A stretch of 63,916 bases of DNA, counting the filler, from Choristocarpus tenellus KU-1152 (lineage: Eukaryota > Protista > Phaeophyceae): NCBI GenBank assembly GCA_964200185.2. It is 10 parts of 10 records of this genome, joined end to end, with 100 filler letters (N's around TTAATTAATTAA, not from the genome) between each part and the next. Parts side by side here need not be neighbours in the genome. Positions count along the whole stretch, not along the records: positions 23,509 to 31,404 come from CAXNAD020005430.1; positions 31,505 to 38,655 come from CAXNAD020006615.1; 8 more parts are not named here. One strand, given 5' to 3'. Position 1 is the first letter of the stretch. Each line of letters opens with the position of its first letter. Shown piece by piece: positions 24,643-37,037 of the stretch. The notes below the pieces were generated by a model, which was given only the letters and a program-made list of their open reading frames with translations, did not search any database and was not told the DNA's origin. The position numbers and the translations under genes are program-made.

Positions 24643-26397
24643 CTCCTCCGTTCGGAATTAAAGATAACACGAAATTTCCGAGCTCGTTCTCGCCTGGGAA
24701 TGATCCACACGATAAAACCTCTAAATGTGGCTTAGCTCTTATATAGATCGGGAGGCTGGCAAAGTTGGAGATGGTGGGCTGTCATGACTGTGGAGGATCA
24801 CCAATTCAAAGTCGACTAAGTCGCATTTAACAGGGTTCAAAAACCTTGTGAAACTGTCAAAGCAGGTATTTACTGGGATGCCTAGGATGAAGGTTCCCCA
24901 TCGTTCAAGTGGCTCGCTCATCCTGTCGTCGCCCATCAGTCCCAATTCTTCAGTCCAGAAGTCTATCCAGAGTCCAGACTCAAACCCCACGACAAAGAAC
25001 GGTGAGTTGGCACAATGCCTGAGGGTGAGAGGGTGCGAGACACTGATCCCTCGGGGGACAGCGACAGTCATTGCAACGGACTTGGGAATTTCCCAAATCA
25101 ACATGTTCCGTCCTCTGAAGGAGTATGGCACTCAGATCGTACGGGGTGAATGCATGGACCTTGTACAACGTTGCAAGGGGCGATGTGACTTGTCATAAAA
25201 GTATATGCTCAATGTTTGGGATGTCCCATCGCTACACCACATATCCTTACGCAAATGGGCAGCCAAAGCTAGAGTCTCCCTTGCCTCGTTGTGGGATCTG
25301 TGCAAGTGCAAGAATGTGAAGAAGGTCAAGCAGTGGATCAAGCCAGTCCTCTCAGATCAGCAGAAGTCAACAGGGTGGGTTTCATCATCAGTCAAATACA
25401 GGAGGGGGGGGAAGTGGGGTATTAGTGGACGATCTAAATGGCTGGGTGCATGTGGACGAGAAGTGGTTTACATCCTCAAAGATGGGCAAGGTGTGTCCTA
25501 CACCCCACAGAGGATGCCCCCAAACCCCCACGGGCGCAGAGTAAGTGTTACATTACGAAGGTGATGGTCCTTGCAGCTGTGGACCGCCCTAGGAAGCTCT
25601 CCAACGGGGTGTGGTTTGATGGGAAAATCGGGATCTGGTCAATCGTAGACACTCAGGTCACGCAGCACTCCAGCAAACACCGCCCCAAGGGCAGCAAGAT
25701 GCTTGTGCCAGCCACAGTGGTCGGAAAGAGGTATAAGAAGCTCATGATCGAGGATGTCATCCCGGCAATCAAGGCTCTCATGCCTAGTCCAGAAGGACAC
25801 ACCGCCTTCATGCAGCAGGACAGGGCAAAGCCACACACCAAGGGGGGGATAGTGGAGGGAATTGAAGAGGCGGTGGGAGACAACATTGCAATAGAGACCC
25901 ACCCAGCAAACTCAACTGACCTCAATGTCAATGACCTGGGATTCTTTCATTCCATCGAGCTATTGAGGGAAGGCATGGGGGTGAGTGAGCAACACAGAGA
26001 GGATCTGGTGGAGACCACAATGGAGTAGCCCTGAGAGACTCTACAGTGCGTCTGGCAGAGCCTCTTCGCAGTCCAAGGTGAAGTGCTGGGGTCGAAGGGT
26101 GACAACATCTTCAAAATTTCGCATTTTCGTAAGGAAAAGGCTGAGAAGGAGGGGAAGCTATCCCCCAATGCCCCGGTGCATGTGGTGAAATATAAATATT
26201 GTGCTGGAATGGAGTTTTGGAGGGCTTCAGGGCTGGAATCATAGATAGGTATAGCTACCCCGTTTTGTTGAGATTTTGGCAGCAGGCAACCTTTTAGTGT
26301 CAGCACGATACACCCATAAAATATGAACAGGTGAAAAAAAATCCTGATTTTTCTGGGCTGCAAAAGTTATGATTAATTTAATTCCGAACAGGGGAAT
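24643..26397 (+). mobile_element. Full-length degenerate plant-type mariner (DD39D-group-like) DNA transposon with TIRs
   Basis: The left end TA|CTCCTCCGTTCGGAATTAAA (24641-24662) resembles the Stowaway/plant mariner CTCCCTCCGT terminus. An inverted copy TTTAATTCCGAACAGGGGAA lies at 26377-26396. The transposase remnant is inside. Confidence 0.85.
25000..26200 (+). pseudogene. Frameshifted mariner transposase
   Basis: Fragments across frames: HTH region (SLRKWAAKARVSLASLW...WIKPVLSDQQK), WVHVDEKWF, SKCYITKVMVLAAVDRPR...FDGKIGIW, MQQDRAKPH and HPANSTDLNVNDLGFFHSI. There are multiple frameshifts and stops. Confidence 0.9.
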
Positions 26398-26414
26398 TAT
26401 CAAGAGAAAAGTCA

Positions 26415-26427
26415 AAGAAAAGAAAAG

Positions 26428-26466
<39 letters not shown>
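26415..26466. repeat. (GAAAA)/(GAAAAC)n microsatellite
   Basis: Direct reading, just right of the mariner TIR. Confidence 0.85.
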
Positions 26467-27374
26467 TGGTTAGTGTCTCAGACTTTATTAACGTCCATAT
26501 CTTACTGGCAATATTAATAGTAATATCGTAACTGAAAAGTTCGGTTATTGTTCAGCGATTATTTTTTTGTATCAGAATAGAAGCAAAATAGTTGGGACAA
26601 ATGAATGCGTCCAAGGTCAAAGAACCTCATACTATTACTTGTCACAAGATGTCACTGGCCATAACTTGACTACATACTTTACTGTTCATGGCTTCGGATT
26701 TGCCCGTTGAGACCTGTTATGGGGAGGATTTATTTGGAGGTCTTGCTCATTTGGTAACCTGAGGGCATTTCACGTGTGTCGCCTCATACACGGGCAGTTC
26801 AATTCTGTTCCATTCAATTAATCGCAATTTTTCTCTACTGATTTAATTGTAGTTGTACATTCTCGTAGGTTTACCTTGCATTCCTGGTTCTATGATGATG
26901 GTGTGGAACATGGACAGTTCCATAATACGATCTCAATGCTCCAACACACAAAAAAGTGCAGATACTTTCCCACAATCGAAATGAAATCCACCATGATGCT
27001 TGCATATCCCACCCCACCTACCTACCTAATCTCCTCACACACGATAGTGGCGTACACTACCCCTTGCTTGGCATAGAATTTCCTGATGTCTTCTCAGCAG
27101 CCAATGATAATGTCAACAACAGGTCCAACATCGATATGTAAGACACCGTGCGTGGTAGTATTCACTATCCGTGTCACCTTTTGCCATGAGGCTAGTCAAG
27201 ATGGTGTGGTGTTTGTCTTGGTCACTGCCAGCCGTGTGTCGGACCAACAGTTGATTCAAACCAGCGAAGTCAGGGAAGGTGTTTTCTGTCTGGAATGGAT
27301 GCAGCCAATCATGGTGGATTGAGGAACTTGCTACTCTGAGGTTCTCAACCCTAGCCCCGCATGTCTTAGCCACT

Positions 27375-27720
27375 CAGTGTCAGTGATCACATCGAAGTCG
27401 TACTGCTGCCCCCTATCGTGGCGGGCCAATTTACTTTACGCCTGTTTGATGACATAAACATGCCAGATTCCGACTTTGCCATCGAAATCGCAGGAGGGAT
27501 CTCGGTGCGAAACGGCGCAGATGAACACCACCTTAGTAATGTGCCTCTTGTGCTGTACCTTGGTGGAGCCCACCCATTCCTCCACCGGGAACATGCGGAC
27601 GCGCTCCCTGTCATAGATGAGGTAGAACCTTGCTTCATCGATATGACTCGTGTTGAGGCTGCTTCTGTAATTGGTGCGTTTCCTTGCTGCTTGGCTACGG
27701 GACTCGCGTCGCAGATGGTC
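27375..27720 (-). pseudogene. Second, divergent plant-type mariner transposase fragment
   Basis: The minus-strand translation (not in the ORF track) reads SHIDEARFYLIYDRERVRMFPVEEWVGSTKVQHKRHITKVVFICAVSHRDPSCDFDGKVGIWHVYVIKQA*SK. It contains the HIDE, KxxIxKVxFxxAV and FDGKxGIW motifs and an in-frame stop. Confidence 0.8.
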
Positions 27721-28055
27721 GAGACACTAAGTGAGAGAGTCGTACAGCTCTTGGCGAGGTGCTGAGATGTTGTGTAACAATGAAGGTATTCTACCTGTCA
27801 GTGGTTGCAGTATAGTAACTCAAGATGAACCCGAAAAAGGATCGTTTTTTCAGTTCTATTTATCGGAATTGTTTCCGGACTATTTCGGAACAAAATACGA
27901 AAACCAAGAATCCCTTCCAAACTATTATGAAACTATCATGTATAGAGGTTGAATTTTGACTGGTAAGTAAGTGGTAGTAAAGTCTTTGTATCCGTGCATA
28001 TACAGTAAAAACAAAAAGTGAAATCCATGACATGGTGGACTTACAAGACGAACAG

Positions 28056-28215
28056 CAGATTTCAAAAATTGACGATGGAGCTTTTCATTGAGGATGGGCT
28101 TGACCCAAAATTGACTGGGAGAAAGTATCGGTATGTTTTTTCTTGTAATGAATGCATATCGATACTTTTCCCCAGTCAATTTTGGGTCAAGCCCATCCTC
28201 AATTTTTGAAATCTG
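28056..28215. repeat. Long near-perfect inverted repeat (fold-back/MITE-like)
   Basis: ATTGAGGATGGGCTTGACCCAAAATTGACTGGGAGAAAGTATCGGTATG (28087-28135) pairs with 28156-28203. The outer arms are CAGATTTCAAAAATTGA and TCAATTTTTGAAATCTG. Confidence 0.9.
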
Positions 28216-29245
28216 TGTTAAAGGAGTATTATATTGAACTTCAGAGGGCATAATAATATATAATATTAAACTTTCTTCTTATTATCGACTCAAGGAAGCC
28301 TTATCCCCAAACTTCATAAAGCAGCGCCGACTATGATTGGCCACATCTGATTACAAGATGCATTTCGGTAAGATGAAAGGGATAAGTTGTACATCTATCT
28401 GCATAGATAGCCAAGAATGTGCTGTGGTGGGAGAAGGAAGGAAAGGGGGAGGTGCACCCTCTTCTGATGCCTTTTAAGTAGTGGGATTGAGGGAGGTGCA
28501 TCACATTGAGATCACAATAATAAGCAAAGAGAACAGCCATATATAATAGCATAACGTTTTTTTTACTATGGCCCAAAATGAGGAAGAGTTTGCGATTCCT
28601 ACCAGGTGCCATGATGACACATGCATTTATTTGACATATATATTGACTACTCACCAAAGAGGCACAGGTTAGGGTAAAGCGTGAAGAGTGCGAAATATTG
28701 CTTGTGTCCCTCCAGTCAACAAATTGTTAGATGGATGTAATGCAACGACACCTACAGTACTTACCAATCACGAGAACATCTACCTCAATCACCTCCTTTT
28801 GAAATGGCAGTCGTAAAAATGTCATACAAAATCAGTGCTCGTTTGCTAGATACACACAAGGTCTAACAGTGGAGTCTACTGGTTAAGCACTCTTAGGCAA
28901 GTAGAAAAAATAAAATAATGTTAATATTCCATTCTCTCGCTTGATTGATGCCTGTTGTACTCAGGCTTATGGTTCATGGTTCCCTAGCTTTTTCAAGCTT
29001 TCTAATTAATATTCCTACTACTGGGAAGCTATCGTTTGGGGTTAGTACACCTCTTTTATGTGACCAATAAATATGCTCTCTAATCTCAGTGCACTGTGTT
29101 CCACCATTCATCTAGAGGAGTTAATAATGAACTACCCTGTTCTATCCATATACAGGTGCCCTCCTTGACATTTACCATAGCAACCATCTCTCTCAAGCCG
29201 CTCCCTGACAATGCCAAACAATATTTCCCCCTCTATCCCCTTTTG

Positions 29246-31289
29246 CTACAAGTCCTCTTCCTCCCTTCCCTCCGATGAAAAGAGATCATAGTCACTGCCT
29301 GAGGCCCAACTGTGGGGTCCTTCTTTGTGCCTCATGGTGACGGCTGGAGTAGCTATTCTCTCATTCTCAGCTGCTTCTGTGGAGGAAATCACATCGGTAA
29401 TGGACTTGCCGCCCACCACAGGTAACCTTTCCATTTCCAACCCCAGTTCCACTGCTACCAGTGCTTGCAGGCAAGTCCGGATTTCCTCTGCCCGTTGCTT
29501 CTGACCTGCCTCTTCATAGGCTCTGATGAGGGCCAAAAGAACTTCGCGATCCAGCACCTTCCCATTCTGGGCAGTGACCAATGTCTCCACCCCAATGATA
29601 GCATCCGGATTGTCGTCTTCTCCTGCCCCTGTTCGATATGCGGAGAAGGCAGATCCACCCAAGACGAGATCTAAAAGCACCTCTGCCTTCTTAAGTTGCC
29701 CTGCACAAGCACACACATATATTGCATGCCTGAAGGCGTACGGCCCCACTACCCTCACATCATTTCCACCACGGAGCACCAAATCATGTGCACCCTCCCA
29801 ATCCCCTAGCATAGAAAAGGTGAACGCCGCGGCCGTTAACAGGTCAGTCCCAAGCCCTGTCTGTGAAAGATCAGGCTCAAACCTTCCCCCCCCCCCCCCC
29901 CCCCTCCCCCAACCCCCCCCCCCCCCCCTACCCCCCCCCCCCAACCACTGAACAATTTCCTCTGACTCAAGCAACGGCTCAGTCTCCAGTTCCATCCCCT
30001 TTGCTACTTCTGCCTCCATGGTATTGTCCTCTTCTTGGTCTCCTGGGCCCTCTTTGCTAAGTCCCAACAGTCGTGCCTCTGCGTCCTCAACCACTGCTCG
30101 TGCTATTCGCCGTGCTGTTTCCTGGTCCCCTGCCTTCACACCCAGGCTTACACAAGCTGATAGCATTCGTTTATACATAGCCCGCACCGCCTGAGCATTG
30201 TATGATGAAGGGAATCCACGCTCCTGTACAAGGGTCAACACCCCTTCTGATGCCTGTTGCCACTGACTCCGAACACTCCAACCCCAGCACATCGCCTCGT
30301 AAGCTTCAGGGCCCAGGTCCACTCCAGCTGTTTTCATGTCTCTTACAAGATGTGAGACAGCGTTGTCACCGCCAAATACAACCACACTCTCGTCACTCTG
30401 CACTCCAATCCCATCTCCCTCACCGTCACAGTCCCTGAGCTTATCTTCATACTCATCCTTTTTGACACAGTCAGGACTAGTCTCCGCAGATACACCCTCT
30501 TTGTTCTTAATTGCATTTGTGTAATTTATGCTATCAGCAGATTTTACAGCCACTCCCATTGCCAGAGCATAGTGCTGGGGTTCTGGATTCAGTCCAAGAG
30601 TCTTCATCTCCTTCAGAATTGTCAAGGCTTGCTTCAATTGTCCAACGTGACTGCAGGCTCGAAGGGCAGCAGCATACGCAGAAGGTGAGGGCAGCCAGCC
30701 ACTGTCGCCCCCCAGCCTGTCATTGGACTCAGACAACCCCACACCCCATCCCAAAATCGATGTTGATGACGAAGCCATGGTAGTTTCCTGTTCGTCCTCT
30801 AGGCTCACCCTGCGTAGTCTTTGTGCCTGTCGCCAATCTAATACCTCACGCAACTCATTCCAAAGGAGTAGGGCCTTCTTTGAGGCTCCCGCTTGGACAC
30901 AGGCATGCATAACAATGCGAAAGTCCCTTGATGCAGAGGTTCGATCCCATACTCCTGCTCTCGCACTTGCCTCTTCTTGCTCTCCTTTCCGGTTGTCTGC
31001 TTCTGTGTGATCTACTGCCATATCCCTGCCTTCTCTCTTCACCACTCCCACACCAGAATCGTCACTACCATACAGTGCACGTAACACCTCTACTGCCCTC
31101 TTCCACAGACCTCCTACACTAAGAGCCGTAAGCAGTGCTGTCCTCATCACTATTTTGGGGGACAAACCCGCCGTGTCTGGGTTCCATATTGCCTCGCCAA
31201 CAGGAGCGGACTCTGCCTCATCAATTAGGACCCGCACCACAGGCCACTGGCCTGCCAAGGCACATGCAGAGCATGCAGCTGCAAACACC
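29246..31289 (-). CDS. Pentatricopeptide repeat (PPR) protein, long terminal exon
   Basis: 680-aa ORF with several PPR-like helical repeats, e.g. PSPSAYAAALRACSHVGQLKQALTILKEMKTLGLNPE, FRIVMHACVQAGASKKALLLWNEL and FAAACSACALAGQWPVVRVLIDE. An AG acceptor lies just upstream at ~31290; the 5' exons are beyond the contig end. Confidence 0.85.
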
Positions 31290-31519
31290 CTTCATGTGAC
31301 AAACAGGGGCAGGTGGGTAGAGGGAGGCAATTGGGTAAGGGGGCTATAATTATGGGGTGGGGGTAGAAGCTAGGACAGGAGGGGGAGGGGCGGAAAAAGG
31401 AGGTNNNNNNNNNNNNNNNNNNNNNNNNNNNNNNNNNNNNNNNNNNNNTTAATTAATTAANNNNNNNNNNNNNNNNNNNNNNNNNNNNNNNNNNNNNNNN
31501 NNNNCTTCTAGCTTGGCTG

Positions 31520-31711
31520 GGGGGTGGTGGGGGGGGGGGGGGGGTGGGGGGGGGGGGGGGGGGCTGTCCATTCGGGGTCCATTTTTCCATGTCGCGATAA
31601 TTTGGGTGATTTGGTTCCATGTGTCGGTTGGATAATGTAAGCATACTTCTCCTGGTCAGAACCCAAAATTGATATCCTGGTGTAGATCCCCCCCCCCAGA
31701 TACTTTGAGCC
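31520..31711 (-). mobile_element. MITE family A copy (reverse)
   Basis: Reverse-complement body ending CCCAGATACTTTGAGCC, with polyG at the contig start. Confidence 0.85.
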
Positions 31712-32093
31712 ATTGGATGGAGCATACGGTTAGGCAGGGCACGGAGGAAGCGGCACATACTGAGTTTGTGTAGAGGTTTCAATGTTGCAGGTCTAACAGG
31801 TGTTGACTATAACATAGCTTACGCCATAATGTATGTGTTGTTGACGACTCTTCAAAAGTCCCTCATTCTTAGAAACATACAACACGTAAAAGTATCTCAA
31901 TCATATCAAGGTGCATTTACAATTAGTGGGAAAGGACCACACAAATGAATACCACCTCATGACGAATAGGGACGTTAACGAGCTAATTAAGCTAAAAAGT
32001 CATATCAAAAAAACTGGTGTATTGTATTAGGGTGATGATGTGGCCTTTCGGTCTTCTTGTGGATGGTTTCGAGTATACTATATATATATGTGG

Positions 32094-32193
32094 TTTCCCC
32101 CTGACACATCTGCAAAATGTCAAAGGGGATAATAATAAAATCATACTATATATAATTATACCCTCTCACATTTTACAAATGTGTGAGGGAAAA
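32094..32193. repeat. Imperfect inverted repeat
   Basis: TTTCCCCCTGACACATCTGCAAAATGTCAAAGGGGATAAT versus the reverse complement of ATTATACCCTCTCACATTTTACAAATGTGTGAGGGAAA. Confidence 0.65.
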
Positions 32194-33036
32194 AGTCCGA
32201 TCAATATCGGTCCACCCCTATAAAAGTACTATTAATTTGTAAATGTTAAAGATATCTGTCTCTCCAAAATCTATTTACTATTTTGGAAATTATATTCGAG
32301 TAGATAAATTGTTTTCGACCAGATTGTTGTCTTTGCTTGTAAATTACTTGGATTCACAACACAAGTATTTTCACTGGTCACATCAGAGTTATGATCTTAC
32401 TGGGAACAATCAATGGCAACATAGTGCAAACAATGGAAATGAAAAAATAGAAGTGTTGCTATCGCTGTTTCTGGAAGATGATGTTTTCTGTTCCAAGTAA
32501 GTTCTAAGTTTTAAACGATAAAACGATACCTGACACAACATACCTTTGTTGACCCGTTAGGATCTTGTTAGTAAATAGGATATAAAGATATGATGATCAC
32601 ATGACGATTTTTTTGGTGTTTGGAATCACCAATCATTCAATGACAAATCGCGGATTTATTATTATTAGTATTGACATTGGGTTGGCATCCTTCCTCACAC
32701 AGCGACAGACTTGAGATTGACAACCTGTTAACTGAGACAAACGCTAGTCCTTGAACAACGCACTCCAATCTGACACAATAGATATTATATATACTACGTC
32801 TTCCCTCTTTGCCATCTCTTCTGGTGAGCGGAAAGGTCCGAGGGGAAATCCCATTTCAGCCGTCGTCTCGTTTCCTAGAGCTGTACCTCATGTCCTCTTA
32901 GAACAATGGATATTTGTGGTCCAAACTCTCCCTAAGCAAATCAGGGTTTTCCCCGAGATATTACTGAGCCCTTCTTACTTGTCCTTTTTGTACTTGGCAC
33001 AATATTTGAACCAGCGGTTCACGAAAGCGGATCATA

Positions 33037-36000
33037 ATGGATCGACTGCACTCCTTCCTCGACAAGTTCCGTGCCGACCTAGGGAAGTACCCCCCACTGA
33101 ACAAGGCCGAGGCACAGATCGGTGTTCCGAAGGAGTACCTGGTCGTTGGAAGTGGAGGGGTACTCCTTGTACTCCTTTTGTTTGGTGTCGGCGCTAGCCT
33201 GATCTGGTGAGTTCTAACCTTGGCGTAGTTCTCACTCCTTACAATGGTCAGATGGATCACGAGGATTGCAGAGATCAATGGGAGGGCTAGAAATGTATAT
33301 AAACTCTCGGCCTGATCTGTAATACCGTTTGTATGTACTTGATTCTTTGTTATTTCCGCCCTAATCATGCTCTTTTTATCACGGACATATTTTAGCCCCC
33401 CTCTCCCCAATTTTGAGACGTGAGAACACTCGATGAAGTGCAATCGACGTTGCGTATTCCAAGGCATAACAGTACATTTTTTTGTGTTCTGAAGCGGCAA
33501 TTTTGCCTTGTTTTCAAATCCATTGGATCCAAGAAGGTGACAATGCGAATGAGCTGTCTATGTGGCCCATTGAACTTGTCTGTACCTCCCTCGACGGGTA
33601 CCTTTGTGGGTGTGTGGGTGGGTTTGACGGTTCTCTCAACCACAGCAATCTCGGGGGCTTCGTTTACCCGGCATACTGTTCATTCAAGGCTATTGAGAGC
33701 GAAGGCACAGAGGATGATACACAATGGTGAGCGATGAGACACTTTTTTACCTTTTCACACACCCCTTCTGTTTTTTGACGACGAAGAGCTTCGTCCTTGT
33801 ATCCTTAAGTTTGCTGCGAACTTTTATGCGAACTAAGGCTTGTTTTGGGAATTCACTACCCCAAAAGGAATTCCGCACTTGTGTTCAGTATTCAGTCTCA
33901 GCAAAGGAGCAGAGGGGAGAGGATTTGGTAGCAACAAGGCACTCATATACCTTGACTTGCCCAGCTTGTTGGTAGCCGCTTCAATTCTTATTTCGCCTCC
34001 TGTGTTTTGTGTTGTTGATGTGGATATTGTGGTAGGGTGTTAATAACAGTAGTACGGAGGCCGAAACATTGAATCAAGTATGCATGCAAGGCTGTGAACA
34101 TTGTTGGGATGGTGATGCAACTGTCGGCAGTAAATGGACTAGGATGAAGAGATAGCCAGTGAAGAGTTACCAACTGATACTTTGTATTGTTACACTGAAA
34201 ATACGGTTTTCTGTAAAGGTATTTTTGTGAGCGGAGTTATAAGTAGGCTGCCGTGGGCTGGTTACAAGACATTTGTCCTGAAAGTTTCCCCGAAAACTTG
34301 AGAGATTTTTCCCACTATATCCAGGTTGAGTTTGAGTAGGTTTACAAGTCATTCAACATACAATGTATTGTTCTGCATTCAACTACTGCATTTTATTTTC
34401 TGTTGCAGTGTTATGCAGTGAAAAGTGCCTTCTCAGGGTTATAGTGTAACAGTTTCAGGGTTCACTGAAAACTTTGAACTTGAAATTCAGTTGTGACCCA
34501 GCCCCTGTGAAGCTGCATTTCTACTGAATGAGTGAGTCAAGGTCACTGATTTTTTATATACGTGATGCTCAGAACAAACATGAAGAAGTTTTAAGCGGTA
34601 TCAAACCTTGGGCTGGCATTGTGTCAACTGGGTCTATTGTTGACATGACGAGCTTTTGTTTCAAGGAAAAGCTTGAGATTTTTGACTGGCGATATAGATG
34701 CACAGTACAGGGTGTGATGAAGCTCTTATACCCTGGAAGGGACATGCGATATCATTGATGAGACAATTGAACATGACTTGTGATTGTAGGGTTCTTGGAT
34801 TTATGACCCTATGTACCCGCCCTGATTCGCCCCACTCTCCCTTGGCAGTATGAGTGTTTGATGGACAATGAAAAACCCCCTATAGTTCTTGGTGCGTGAT
34901 GTGTGATGTGTGATGTGTGATGTGTGATGTGTGATGTGTGATGTGTGATGAAATAGACCTTGCGCATTAATGTTAATTGTGGTGTACCATTTGAACACAG
35001 GCTGACCTACTGGGTAGTGTTTGCTGCGTTCACGATCCTCGAGACATTTGTCAGTTTCTTCCTGTACTGGATCCCTTTCTACTATGCCTTCAAGTTGGCC
35101 TTCCTTATATGGTGCTTCCTCCCTGCTACCAAGGTATAACACCTGTAGGTGGAACTGGGTCATGGAGTAGGGATGATGCGATGGTTATGTGATGGTTATG
35201 TGATGGTTACCGGTGGGGAGGAGGTACAGGCGGTGGAAGGATTGTTCTGTTCAGGCAATTTCTGCCTCTGTGGAGATGACCGTTTATTCTGTACTTGCTG
35301 CTATCAATGTGTTGTGGAGGAACCTGAGCATACAGTGGCGCTTGTGGAGTGATTCCTGTACCTTTTGTGTACCTTTTGTGTGTGTACTTTGTACCTTTTT
35401 GTGTACCTTTTTGTGTACCTTTTGCATGTACCTGTTTGTATGTACCTTTTTGTGCATACCTTTTGTGTGTACCCGTTTGTATGTATGTGTGGGAACTCTT
35501 TTGTCTCTTGTGATGTTCACTGCTGGGCTGTATTAATGCCAACTTTCTTTTCATGACTCTCCATGGTATAGTGACTAATAGGTGTTTATCTGAAAATGAA
35601 AATGGTGGTAGTGTGGTGTGCTGTTTGGACTGAATGGTTGTGTGTTGAATGCGTGTATCATTTTTACAATTATTCTCTTTCAGGAAACAGAATAGTTAGG
35701 TGGATATCATCTTTACAATTATTCTCTTTCAGGAAACAGAATAGTTATGTGGATAATTAGATGTGTTTCAAGTAATAGTTGGACCCATCTCTGATTTCAA
35801 CAATTTGAAATGTCAATGAAGCTAATAGCTAACAAATATCATTGCTGGAGGGGTTTGAAGGAGTGCCTAAAATTTTGAATGGTGTCTTTTGAATGAGCTG
35901 TGACACTTTTTAAGTTTGTTGGAGTATCAAGTCCTACAGTGACCTTGGGAGGCGCCATACATCCTTTTATTGATAAGTATTTCAGAGGCAAACCGCCTGA

Positions 36001-37037
36001 ATGATACTGGTAGCTCCAGTTCTGCAGTTTCTCACAGTTTCCTGTCAAGAATGAAGGTGGGGGGAGGGGGAGGTGGGGGTGGAAGAGGAGAGAGTGGAGA
36101 CAATTAAAATATCACCTTTTCATTCTAGACTCAGAGGTTGGTGGTGTTGTAACTGCATCAAGTGCTCGGCAGTTGCCATGTCCACTTAGTAACTTATGAT
36201 AGGTGCAGATGTTGGTCGTCCCCTCCCTTTAGAGAGAGAGAGAGAGAGAGAGAGATAAGTAGAGATAGTTTACTACGGCAGTGATGTGGGTTTAGAGCGT
36301 GCCTGCCTATGGATTAACAGAGCTGCAACATCACCCTGTCGAAAGAGCACAGCAGTGTCGAGTATATGTAGTGGCTAGTGTAAATACTAATGATGTAGAG
36401 ACTAAGGATGACATTCTTGTCATGTTTCTTGATGCGTGAATGATCATGTTTCGCCTCCAAGAGGAAGCTCTCCCCGATTGTAGGCGAAGTTTGTCCCTGT
36501 TTACCTTTACTACGAATCATCCACGATATATTAACAGATGGATGTACACTCCTTGATTTTTCCAGGGTGCAGCATTCCTGTACCGGGAGCTGATGAGGGA
36601 TTTCCTAACTGACAAAAAGATGGGCATCAACACTACGGCTAAGATTCCCAATGATAATGTGAGTTTACGTGTAAGGAGATAGTGAACTTTCTGATTCTAC
36701 AAGTAGGAATTTTCTGTAGGTATTGACCAACCCAACAATCTTCTGTCAGGTTAGTTGCACTGATCTCTGTGCTGCCCATTTTTTGATACTCTAGACGAAA
36801 TCGGGCGAGGGTGTACTATGTTCCTTCCAGGTAGTACTGAGGCTAGACCATCTGGTAATTCCGCAAGAGTGTTAGTGGTTGTCCTGTTGTAGCAATTAAC
36901 GGTCTTCAGTGGTTAGAATGCACAAATCTGAGATATCCTTGTGGGATCGTATCCTTCCTAGACAGGAACATGCTTGTGGTGACATGATACCTTCCTGTGT
37001 TTTCCCTATTTTTCAGGTACACACCAAGGACAGCTAA
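33037..37037 (+). CDS. YOP1: REEP5/YOP1 (TB2/DP1/HVA22 family) ER-shaping protein, complete, 5 exons, ~165 aa
   Basis: Exons 33037-33206, 33646-33726, 35001-35133, 36566-36658 and 37017-37037 are all GT-AG and phase-consistent. Protein: MDRLHSFLDKFRADLGKYPPLNKAEAQIGVPKEYL...[44 protein letters not shown]...WIPFYYAFKLAFLIWCFLPATKGAAFLY...VHTKDS*. The last micro-exon is less certain. Confidence 0.93.
34895..34950. repeat. (GATGTGT)n 7-mer microsatellite
   Basis: About 8 units in YOP1 intron 2. Confidence 0.9.
35656..35754. repeat. 49-bp tandem duplication
   Basis: TTTACAATTATTCTCTTTCAGGAAACAGAATAGTTA.GTGGATA occurs twice in YOP1 intron 3. Confidence 0.85.

Noticed and set aside
32961-33500. 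179-aa minus ORF
   Set aside because: Antisense to YOP1 exon 1 and intron 1; no recognisable motifs.
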